From NCBI GenBank assembly GCA_964534375.1, contig CAZHPN010000071.1, positions 1-26,878 of the forward strand: DNA of 26,878 bases. The letters are read 5' to 3'. The notes under the pieces are model-generated. The model was not told where the DNA came from. It did no database searches and saw nothing but the letters and a program-made list of their open reading frames with translations. Origin of the DNA: an uncultured bacterium (lineage in GTDB: Bacteria > Lernaellota > Lernaellaia > Lernaellales > Lernaellaceae). The translations under genes were made by a program, and so were the position numbers. Positions 19,685 through 26,878 of the stretch are shown one piece after another; position 1 is the stretch's first letter, and every line of letters begins with the position of its first letter.

Positions 19685-21292
19685 TCAAAATCCCAGCCCC
19701 TTCAAATTCTTCCGAATCTCCTTCTCCAGCTTCGCCGACTCCGCAAACTGCCTCTCCAGGTCGGCCACGAGGCGCTTCATCTTGTCGGCGAACGGCTCGT
19801 CGTCTTCTTCGACTTCTTCCGCGCCGACGTACCGTCCGGGCGTGAGGACGTGGCCGTGGCCGACGATCTCGGCGGTCTTGGCCGCCTTGCAGAACCCGGC
19901 GATGTCCGCGTACTTGCCTGCCTGCGCCGCGTGCGCCGCGGCAGGCAGGTCGCCGCGCCAGGCGTGATACGTGCCGGCGATGCGGAGAATATCTTCCTCG
20001 GTTAACTCGCGGTGAACGCGGTCAATCAGCGCCCCCATCTTGCGGGCGTCGATAAACAGCGCCTCGCCGCGGCGGTCGCGGAACTGCCTGCCTGCCGCGC
20101 CGGCGGCGCAGGCATGGCCGTTGCCCTTGTTGCGGGCCAGGAACCACAGGCAGACGGGGATTTGCGTCGAGTAGAACAACTGCCCCGGCAGCGCAACCAT
20201 GCAGTCAACGAGGTCGGCTTCGATGATCTTGCGCCGGATCTCACCCTCGCCGGATTGGTTCGACGACATGCTGCCGTTGGCCAGCACGAAGCCGGCGATG
20301 CCGGTCGGCGCGAGGTGATGGATGAAATGCTGCACCCAGGCGAAGTTGGCGTTGCCGGCCGGCGGCGCGCCGAATTTCCACCGCACGTCTTTGACCAGGC
20401 GGTCGCCGCCCCAATCGCTGTCGTTGAACGGGGGATTGGCCAGGATGAAGTCGGCCTTGAGGTCGGGGTGCAGATCGCGGTGGAAGCTGTTGGCGTGTTC
20501 CGGGCCGAGGTTGTTGTCGATGCCCCGGATGGCGAGGTTCATCTTGGCCAGCTTCCAGGTGGTCGGGTTCGACTCCTGGCCGTAAATGCTGATGTCGCCG
20601 GCGCGCCCGCCATGTGCCTCGACGAACTTCTCCGACGAGACGAACATCCCGCCGGAGCCGCAGCAGGGGTCGTACACCCGGCCCTTGTAGGGCGCCAGCA
20701 TCTCGACCAGCAGGCGCACGACGCACCGGGGCGTGTAGAACTGCCCGCCGCGCTTGCCCTCGGCGCTGGCGAACATCGACAGGAAATACTCGTACACGCG
20801 GCCGAGGATGTCTTTCGAGCGATTCTCTTTGTCGCCCAGGCCGATCGTGCCGATCAGGTCGATCAGCTCGCCGAGGCGCTGTTTGTCGAGCGCCGGGCGG
20901 GCGTAATCCTTCGGCAACACGCCTTTGAGCGTCGGGTTGTCGCGCTCGATGGCCTCCATCGCCTGGTCGAGCAACTTGCCGATCTCCGGCTGCTTGGCCT
21001 TGGCTTGCAGAAACGGCCAGCGGGCTTCTTTGGGCACCCAGAAGACGTTTTCGGCGCGGTATTCGTCGGGGTCTTCGGCGTCGGCGTATTTTTCCGCCTT
21101 CAGCGCGTCGTGCCGCTCTTGGAAGGCGTCCGAGATGTATTTGAGAAAGATCAGCCCCAGCACGACGTGCTTGTACTCGGCGGCGTCCATGTTGTTGCGC
21201 ATCTTGTCGGCTGCGGCCCACAGCGTGGCCTCGAAGCCGAGATTCGCTCCGCCGTTTTTTTTGTCGCCGTTGGTTTTCTTCGCCCGCGCCAT
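19685..21292 (-). CDS. hsdM: Type I restriction-modification methyltransferase subunit M
   Basis: [52 protein letters not shown] (N6-MTase motif IV) and LTPGRYVG. Confidence 0.97.
   Translation of the reverse strand: MARAKKTNGDKKNGGANLGFEATLWAAADKMRNNMDAAEYKHVVLGLIFLKYISDAFQERHDALKAEKYADAEDPDEYRAENVFWVPKEARWPFLQAKAKQPEIGKLLDQAMEAIERDNPTLKGVLPKDYARPALDKQRLGELIDLIGTIGLGDKENRSKDILGRVYEYFLSMFASAEGKRGGQFYTPRCVVRLLVEMLAPYKGRVYDPCCGSGGMFVSSEKFVEAHGGRAGDISIYGQESNPTTWKLAKMNLAIRGIDNNLGPEHANSFHRDLHPDLKADFILANPPFNDSDWGGDRLVKDVRWKFGAPPAGNANFAWVQHFIHHLAPTGIAGFVLANGSMSSNQSGEGEIRRKIIEADLVDCMVALPGQLFYSTQIPVCLWFLARNKGNGHACAAGAAGRQFRDRRGEALFIDARKMGALIDRVHRELTEEDILRIAGTYHAWRGDLPAAAHAAQAGKYADIAGFCKAAKTAEIVGHGHVLTPGRYVGAEEVEEDDEPFADKMKRLVADLERQFAESAKLEKEIRKNLKGLGF
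19917..19949 (+). mobile_element. 33-bp non-autonomous copy of the CCTGCCTGC element, in frame in hsdM
   Basis: CCTGCCTGCGCCGCG-TGCGC-CGCGGCAGGCAGG: the 15-bp left end and 13-bp right end are identical to those of the GIY-YIG element. Encodes (D)[10 protein letters not shown](G). Confidence 0.8.
20087..20116 (-). mobile_element. 30-bp non-autonomous copy of the CCTGCCTGC element, in frame in hsdM
   Basis: Minus strand CATGCCTGCGCCGCC-GG-CGCGGCAGGCAGG. Encodes [10 protein letters not shown]; removing it gives [13 protein letters not shown]. Confidence 0.8.
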
Positions 21293-21471
21293 GAAATTCA
21301 CGCCCCTGTCCGCGACGATTCATCGCGTACTTTCGCCGATCACTGTGACAGCCGAGGTCACATCCCCGATGAACAATCGCCGTTGCAATGCGCTTTACAT
21401 AGAACGATCAAGCCGGGAAGGCAAGACGGGAGAGGGAAAAGCGGCCGGCCGACCGAATGATTGATTTCATT

Positions 21472-21570
21472 ACCGCAAAGACGCAAAGAGCGCCAAGAAG
21501 AAAACCAGAGCATCTGCCTTCTTTGCGGACGGAGCCTGCCCCGAGCAAAGTCGAAGGGGGTCTTTGCGGT
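21472..21570. repeat. Inverted repeat (ACCGCAAAGAC / GTCTTTGCGGT) with a nested REP-like unit at 21531-21558
   Basis: Perfect 11-bp IR at 21472-21482 and 21560-21570, with additional CGCAAAG / CTTTGCG subunits. The nested GGAGCCTGCCCCGAGCAAAGTCGAAGGG is related to 1188-1215. Confidence 0.75.
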
Positions 21571-21584
21571 GAAAAAACCGTCGC

Positions 21585-21659
21585 AAAATGGAGAATGGAG
21601 AATGAAGAATTGGCGGCGCCGCCCGAATTTCTCCATTCGCCATTCAACATTCTACATTC
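21585..21659. repeat. Inverted heptamer arrays (AGAATGG)n ... (CCATTCn)n around a GGCGGCGCCGCC palindrome
   Basis: aaaatgg agaatgg agaatga agaatt, then ggcggcgccgcc, then aatttct ccattcg ccattca acattct acattc. Confidence 0.8.
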
Positions 21660-21852
21660 CGGTTTTCGCGCGGGGACCCGCCCTGCAGCGCCGGCGGGCG
21701 CGGCACGGCGCGGCGCCCCGGGGCGGGCGCATTTCGGCCTTTCCGCGGCTCCGTTTCTTCTCGGTTTGAGCGAATTGAATTGGCGGGCAAAAGAAATTAA
21801 CATACTGCGCCCTGAAAACGAACCGCTTCGTTCGGGCGAGGAGTGTTTTTCG

Positions 21853-22503
21853 ATGGAACAAAACTTGGTCAGCGTTTCGATGGTCGGCGCCCGGGCGCTT
21901 TTGTATGTGTTGTTTTTGTTGTCGATCCTGAGCGTCACGGTGGCGATCGAAAAGTACGTGCAGTACCGGCGCGACAATCCGCTCGGCCCGGCGTTCCGCG
22001 GCGAGTTGGTTAAATTGTTGGAAAAGAGCGACGTGGCCGGCGCGTTGAAGGCCGTCGAGGGCGTGCGCGGGGCGAACGCGGCCGTGTTGCGCGAGGGTCT
22101 GAGCAATTTCAAGGAGGGGCCGGCCGCCATCGAGGAGATCATCAACGGGCGGACGGTGCTGGAACGCGGGCGGCTCGAACGGCGGCTGATCATCCTGGGC
22201 ACGATCGGCAACAACGCCCCGTTTGTGGGTCTTCTGGGCACCGTCATGGGCATCATCAAGGCGTTCCACGACCTGTCGGTGACGACGACGCAAGGCCCCG
22301 CGGCGGTCATGGCCGGCATCTCGGAGGCGCTGGTGGCGACGGCGGTGGGCCTGTTCGTCGCGATCCCGGCCGTCGTGCTGTTCAACTGGCTGAAGAGCCG
22401 GGCGCGCGCGCTGCTCGACGAGGCCGAGGCCAACGCGCGAATTTTGCTCGCGTACGCGAAGCGCACGCAGGGAGAAGGCAATGGCGGGAACCGGCAGCAA
22501 TAA
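21853..22503 (+). CDS. MotA/TolQ/ExbB proton channel family protein
   Basis: LGTIGNNAPFVGLLGTVMGIIKAF and AGISEALVATAVGLFVAIPA. ATG at 21853 after GAGGAG. Confidence 0.93.
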   Translation: MEQNLVSVSMVGARALLYVLFLLSILSVTVAIEKYVQYRRDNPLGPAFRGELVKLLEKSDVAGALKAVEGVRGANAAVLREGLSNFKEGPAAIEEIINGRTVLERGRLERRLIILGTIGNNAPFVGLLGTVMGIIKAFHDLSVTTTQGPAAVMAGISEALVATAVGLFVAIPAVVLFNWLKSRARALLDEAEANARILLAYAKRTQGEGNGGNRQQ

Positions 22504-22900
22504 CGACGACGAGATCACCGCGATCAACGTCACGCCGCTGGTCGACATCACCCTGGTGCTGTTGATCATCTTCATGGTCACGGCGACCTACATCGTCTCG
22601 CCGCAAATCAAGGTCGAGTTGCCGAAGGCGGCGACGGCCGAGAACTCCGATTTGCAGACGTTCGCGATCGTCATCACCAAAGACAACCTGCTGTACCTCA
22701 ACGGCCAGCCGACCGACGAGGACAAGATCGCCGCGAACATCGACGAACGCATCAAGAACACGCCGGACCTGCAGGCGGTCATCAGCGCCGACAAAATGGT
22801 CTACCACGGGCAGGTGATTCACCTCGTCGACCTGGTGCGCCGCCACGGCGTCAAAAAATTCGCGATCAACGTCGAAGCGGATCGCGAGCCGGGCAAGTAA
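22481..22900 (+). CDS. ExbD/TolR biopolymer transport protein
   Basis: INVTPLVDITLVLLIIFMVT and ISADKMVYHGQVIHLVDLVR. Confidence 0.93.
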   Translation: MAGTGSNNDDEITAINVTPLVDITLVLLIIFMVTATYIVSPQIKVELPKAATAENSDLQTFAIVITKDNLLYLNGQPTDEDKIAANIDERIKNTPDLQAVISADKMVYHGQVIHLVDLVRRHGVKKFAINVEADREPGK

Positions 22901-23613
22901 TGTACATCGAACCGGCGCCGCCGAAGAAATCGCGCGTCCTGCGCATCGCGCTGATCGCATCGGCGGCGTTTCACGTCATCCTCATCGCCGGCTTTCTCGC
23001 CATCGCCACCGGGGCCGTGCCGAAATCGTACACGGTCGACATGGTCTTCAACGCGCCGAAGCCCGAACCGACCCCGCCGCCGAAGGTCGAGCCGACGCCC
23101 CCGCCGCCCCCGCCGCCGAAACAGAAGGCGTTGCCGCCGCCGAATCAAAACGTCAAGACGCCGCCGTCCGCCGAACCGCCGAAGCCCATCTTCGGCGTGA
23201 CCAAAGACTCCGTGGTCGACGGCGACTCCGCCGTGGCGATGCGCGTCGGCAACACGCTGATGAAAGAGCCGGAAAAGAACTTCACCGACCCGAGCAAGGT
23301 CAAACCCTACGGGGCATCCGACGTCGTCTCGCAAAGCGAACTCGACCACCCGCCGAAGGTGAAGCATATGGTTCAGCCGGAATACCCGGCGCTGGCCAAG
23401 CGCACCAATCGCGAGGGCGTGGTGCGCGTGCGCTTTCTCGTCAACAAGGACGGCCACGTGTCGAACGTCAAAGTGCTGTCCGCGCCGACCGGCCTCGGCT
23501 TCGAAGACGCCGCCGTCGCCGCCGTCCAAGCGTGGCTGTTCGAAACCCCAACCGTGCAGAACCGGCCTGTTTCCGCCTGGATCGTGCAGTCGATTCGGTT
23601 TCAAATGGAATAG
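22900..23613 (+). CDS. Energy transducer TonB
   Basis: N-terminal TM with S-x3-H, Pro-rich linker, and C-terminal PEYPALAK...EGVVRVRFLV...GFEDAAVAAVQAWLF. Confidence 0.9.
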   Translation: MYIEPAPPKKSRVLRIALIASAAFHVILIAGFLAIATGAVPKSYTVDMVFNAPKPEPTPPPKVEPTPPPPPPPKQKALPPPNQNVKTPPSAEPPKPIFGVTKDSVVDGDSAVAMRVGNTLMKEPEKNFTDPSKVKPYGASDVVSQSELDHPPKVKHMVQPEYPALAKRTNREGVVRVRFLVNKDGHVSNVKVLSAPTGLGFEDAAVAAVQAWLFETPTVQNRPVSAWIVQSIRFQME

Positions 23614-23619
23614 ACGGGC

Positions 23620-25485
23620 CTACGGCGCGTCTTGGCGCACCCACAGATCCATGAAATCCGGCGGCGCGCCGGTGATGAACAGAATCTTGACCGCGCCGGC
23701 GGGCTGATAGCGCGCCGGCAGCAATTCGAGCGCGACGCGGTCGATCAGGCGCTCGACGCCCCAATTCGCATGCCAATGCCCGCCGAACGCTCGCCAACCG
23801 TTGCGCGGCCCGATCACAATGACCTTCGGCGGCCGCGCGGCGAGCCGGCGGAAATCTTCATCCACAAAACGGTCCCAATATTGATCGGCGAAAACGATCG
23901 CGCTGGTCAAGGGCGGGCGCGGCCGTTCGAACCACGCCGCGACGTTCGGGTCGTCGGGCAGCAAGAGCGCCTCGTCATCCGGATTCAGGGCCGCTACGCG
24001 CACCGCCGCCGTCAACACGCGCAGGCCCTCGGCCTCCGGACGTTGCCGGGCGCCGGCAAGATGCGCGATCTCCGGCCACGCTTCCGTGCAGCGCGCCGCC
24101 AGCTTCCAGGTGTCGTCCAGATGAAACCAACAGGCGGTCTGGGCGAGGAGAATCAGCGCCGCCGCGACGGCCGCGCCCAGACGCCGCGTCCGCGGCCCGC
24201 CGGCCGCCGACAGGCCCAGGGGCAAGAAACCGGCCAGCAGCGCCACGGCGATGAACGGGTTGTCATCGAGATCCCAGTGGAAGTAGGCCACCGAAAGGTT
24301 GTGCAGCAGGGCCGCCGGCAGCGTCAGGACGCACGCCAACCCCACGAACGCCAACGCCGGCCGCCGCCGCGCCTCGGGATGCCACAGCAGCGCCGCCGCG
24401 GCGGTCGCGACCGCGAAGGCGGCGTAGGTGAACAGCCAATTCGCGGTGGCCAGCACGTGGCGCGCCGCGGCCGGCGGCTCCTGGCCGACGCGCTGCCAGA
24501 CCAGAAACGCCAGCGGCCCCGCCGCGCCCGCCGCAAAGAAGAGCCAGCGACGCGGCGAATCGTCGGCCGGCGCACCGTCGGCCGACGGCGGCTCGGGGCC
24601 GGCGGCGCGGCGCGTGCCGAGCGCCAACGCCATGCCGAGCGCGACGGGCGTCAGACACTTCGCCGTCTCCCACAGAAAACCGCCGAGCCGGCACATCAAC
24701 AGCGCGGGCCCGCCTTTCGGCTCGGAGCCGTGCCACACGACATCGCGGAAAAACCCCGCGACGGAAATGAACGGGGAGAAAGCCAGCAGCAACGCGGCGA
24801 ACGCGCCGGCGGCCGTCGCCGCGAAGATCGCCGTCCTTTGTAGGCGCGTCGCGAACGGTTCCGCAAACGGCCAGAGCAAAAAGAACGCGGCGACGCCCAG
24901 CGCGGCGCCGGCGCCGGTGTTCTGTTTCGCGGCGAACGCGGCCGCGACCAACGCCGCCGGCAACAGCGGCGCCCGAGTCGGCCAGCGCGGCGCGGGCGGC
25001 CCGATCTCGGGGGTCGGCGGTGAAAACCGCCACAGGCATGCGGCGCAGGCCGCGGCGGCGAAAAACTGCGCGGCGGCGTCGCAGAGGACCATTTTCGCCG
25101 GCGCGTACAGGTACGGAATCGTGGCGGCGGCGGCGAGAAACGGCCACGGTCGCGGCAGCGCCCGCGCGAACGCCAGGTACAAGACCAACAGCTCGGCGGC
25201 GCGAAACAAGAGGAAGAGCAGATTCTCGTCGCGCCAGACGGCCCGGCCGTGAAACAGCACGCGCATCAGCACGTGCGCCAACGGCGGCAACGGCAGATGC
25301 GCGCCGTCCGCGTACAGGAGTTGGCCACGCGCCAAACGGTTGGCGAGCGGCCCGACCCAGCCCGCGAAATCGGGGTCCATCCAAATCGAGGTCCAGTTGG
25401 CGGGAAGAAAATAGAACGTCAGCAGCGCGGTCAAAAAAACGAGCGCGGCGAGTTCGCTGACGGCCAAGCGCCGGTCGTCGGTCAT
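23620..25485 (-). CDS. Multi-pass membrane protein (possible GT-C glycosyltransferase-like)
   Basis: WMDPDF...LYAD...LPP loop after TM1, AAKQNTG motif, many TM helices and a soluble C-terminal domain. Confidence 0.6.
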   Translation of the reverse strand: MTDDRRLAVSELAALVFLTALLTFYFLPANWTSIWMDPDFAGWVGPLANRLARGQLLYADGAHLPLPPLAHVLMRVLFHGRAVWRDENLLFLLFRAAELLVLYLAFARALPRPWPFLAAAATIPYLYAPAKMVLCDAAAQFFAAAACAACLWRFSPPTPEIGPPAPRWPTRAPLLPAALVAAAFAAKQNTGAGAALGVAAFFLLWPFAEPFATRLQRTAIFAATAAGAFAALLLAFSPFISVAGFFRDVVWHGSEPKGGPALLMCRLGGFLWETAKCLTPVALGMALALGTRRAAGPEPPSADGAPADDSPRRWLFFAAGAAGPLAFLVWQRVGQEPPAAARHVLATANWLFTYAAFAVATAAAALLWHPEARRRPALAFVGLACVLTLPAALLHNLSVAYFHWDLDDNPFIAVALLAGFLPLGLSAAGGPRTRRLGAAVAAALILLAQTACWFHLDDTWKLAARCTEAWPEIAHLAGARQRPEAEGLRVLTAAVRVAALNPDDEALLLPDDPNVAAWFERPRPPLTSAIVFADQYWDRFVDEDFRRLAARPPKVIVIGPRNGWRAFGGHWHANWGVERLIDRVALELLPARYQPAGAVKILFITGAPPDFMDLWVRQDAP

Positions 25486-26864
25486 CGCCGCGCCAGCGCC
25501 TTTTGCAGCGGCCGGATCATGCCCGGTTTGATTTCCTCGCGGAAGAACCGCTTGCGGAACGACGGAATCCAGAACAGGGGCGCCAGCAGCAGGTTGTACA
25601 CCCGCTGGCGGACGTTCTTTTGCGGAAAATCATAACCGCCGTGCTCTTTGAAATAACGGTGATCGGCCGGAAAAACCAGGCGCATGCGGCCGTACACGCT
25701 GTCGCGGAAAATCTTCTTGCCGCCGACCGAGAGAAACGTCCCGGTCGGCACGAAATCCTCGTCGGCCCGGCGCACGAGTTGCGCGGCGAGCGCATCCAAC
25801 TGCCGGTCGAGTTCGGCGGAATCGGCGGCCTCGTCGGTCACGATGCCGACCAGATCGGCGCTTTGCACTTCGCCGATGGCCTGCACGATCTCCCGCAGAA
25901 ACGCGTTTTGCGCGAGCGGGCCGGACACGAGGAAGGCGATATGTTTGCGATCCAGCCACGGGATGTGATTGTGGAAAAAGGCGCGGTCGAAGAACATCTT
26001 CCAGCGCGACGAGAGGTAGCGGTCGACGATCGACCCGGCGAACACGACGATGTCGGCGGGCGCGATCTTGGCCTGGTGGAAATCGCGCACGTCATCCTTG
26101 CCGGCGTAGGCGCAAACGCCTTCGTACCCGCATTGCAGGCAGCCCAGACAGCCGCCTTTGATGTCGATATCGTGGATATTCCCTACTTCCGCGGCGCCGC
26201 CGAACGCGCCCTGCAGCCGCTCGACCATGCGCCGCAGATTGCTTTGGCCGTCGGCGGCGTCGTGCAGGAGGAGAATCTTCTTGCCGCGCGTTTCGACCGG
26301 AGGCCCCGCCGCGCCCGGCTCATAACGAAGCGCCGGCGCGGTGGCCGGGAAATAGCGGCGAACGGTCGGCTGGCGCTCGGCGATCGCCTGGAAAAAATGC
26401 GTCGCGAAGAGCTTCGTCAACCGCCGGCCCTCGCGATGCATCAGATCGTACATGGCCGGCGAGTGGCCGCCGACGTAGCACATGCCCAGGTCGTCGGAAA
26501 TCGCCCGCAGGTATTCGTGGGCCGTGTGATCGAAAAAGTGGATCGAGGTCGTCAGCGCGGCGGCGTATTTGCCACGGAAGGCGTCTTGCGCGCCGCGTTT
26601 CGCCACCAGTTCGATGAAGCGTTTGTACTGCGACGGCACGAGGTAGACGTACAGCGGAACCGCCCAGAGCACGCCGTCGGCGGCGCGCACCTCCTCGATG
26701 ATTTCGGCGAACGCCTGCGGGTCGTTCTCGATCTTCTGAATCCGCTGCGAAACCTGGATGACTTTGCACTCGTGCTCGGGGAATTCGAGGCGAAGGAACT
26801 CGACGTACTGCATCGTCACGCTGACTTCGCCTTTGGGGCTGCCGGCCAGGACGACGATTTTCAT
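25482..26864 (-). CDS. NAD(P)H-dependent oxidoreductase: tandem flavodoxin-like (iron-sulfur flavoprotein-like) domains
   Basis: MKIVVLAGSPKG...ADGVLWAVPLY, and a second domain with GCLGCLQC-x5-C. Confidence 0.85.
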   Translation of the reverse strand: MKIVVLAGSPKGEVSVTMQYVEFLRLEFPEHECKVIQVSQRIQKIENDPQAFAEIIEEVRAADGVLWAVPLYVYLVPSQYKRFIELVAKRGAQDAFRGKYAAALTTSIHFFDHTAHEYLRAISDDLGMCYVGGHSPAMYDLMHREGRRLTKLFATHFFQAIAERQPTVRRYFPATAPALRYEPGAAGPPVETRGKKILLLHDAADGQSNLRRMVERLQGAFGGAAEVGNIHDIDIKGGCLGCLQCGYEGVCAYAGKDDVRDFHQAKIAPADIVVFAGSIVDRYLSSRWKMFFDRAFFHNHIPWLDRKHIAFLVSGPLAQNAFLREIVQAIGEVQSADLVGIVTDEAADSAELDRQLDALAAQLVRRADEDFVPTGTFLSVGGKKIFRDSVYGRMRLVFPADHRYFKEHGGYDFPQKNVRQRVYNLLLAPLFWIPSFRKRFFREEIKPGMIRPLQKALARR

Positions 26865-26878
26865 GCTAGGCGCCCGGC

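Noticed and set aside
18751..19803. hsdM tail duplication as a DGR TR/VR pair
   Set aside because: The 9 mismatches are not adenine-specific on either strand.
21457..21852. N-terminal extension of the ExbB ORF
   Set aside because: It translates intergenic repeats; the RBS and ATG at 21853 fit the family length.

Overview
GC-rich bacterial chromosomal segment. The Asp-rich lipoprotein linkers and gene content suggest a Deltaproteobacteria/Myxococcota-like lineage, which is inference only. Left part: a SAM methyltransferase, then a minus-strand cluster alternating FGE-sulfatase (CLec-fold) proteins, one of them frameshifted, with 14- and 7-repeat beta-propeller-like proteins. Next come a perfect parS palindrome, a small Rho-N-like protein, a double rhodanese, a PHP phosphoesterase and two membrane proteins. 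Centre: a Type I restriction-modification operon (hsdM - HEPN - MNT - hsdS - truncated ORF - four-helix-bundle gene - hsdR). Right part: exbB/exbD/tonB-like genes, a membrane protein and a tandem flavodoxin-fold oxidoreductase. The most striking signal is a 282-bp element with CCTGCCTGC...GCAGGCAGG termini that encodes a GIY-YIG nuclease domain and sits in frame inside hsdR. Two 30-33 bp 'empty' copies with the same termini sit in frame inside hsdM. This looks like an autonomous/non-autonomous pair of a frame-preserving mobile element. The operon also has a toxin-antitoxin cassette bracketed by a duplicated hsdM 3' end, nonamer arrays around the four-helix-bundle gene, and several other short repeat families clustered in intergenic regions.
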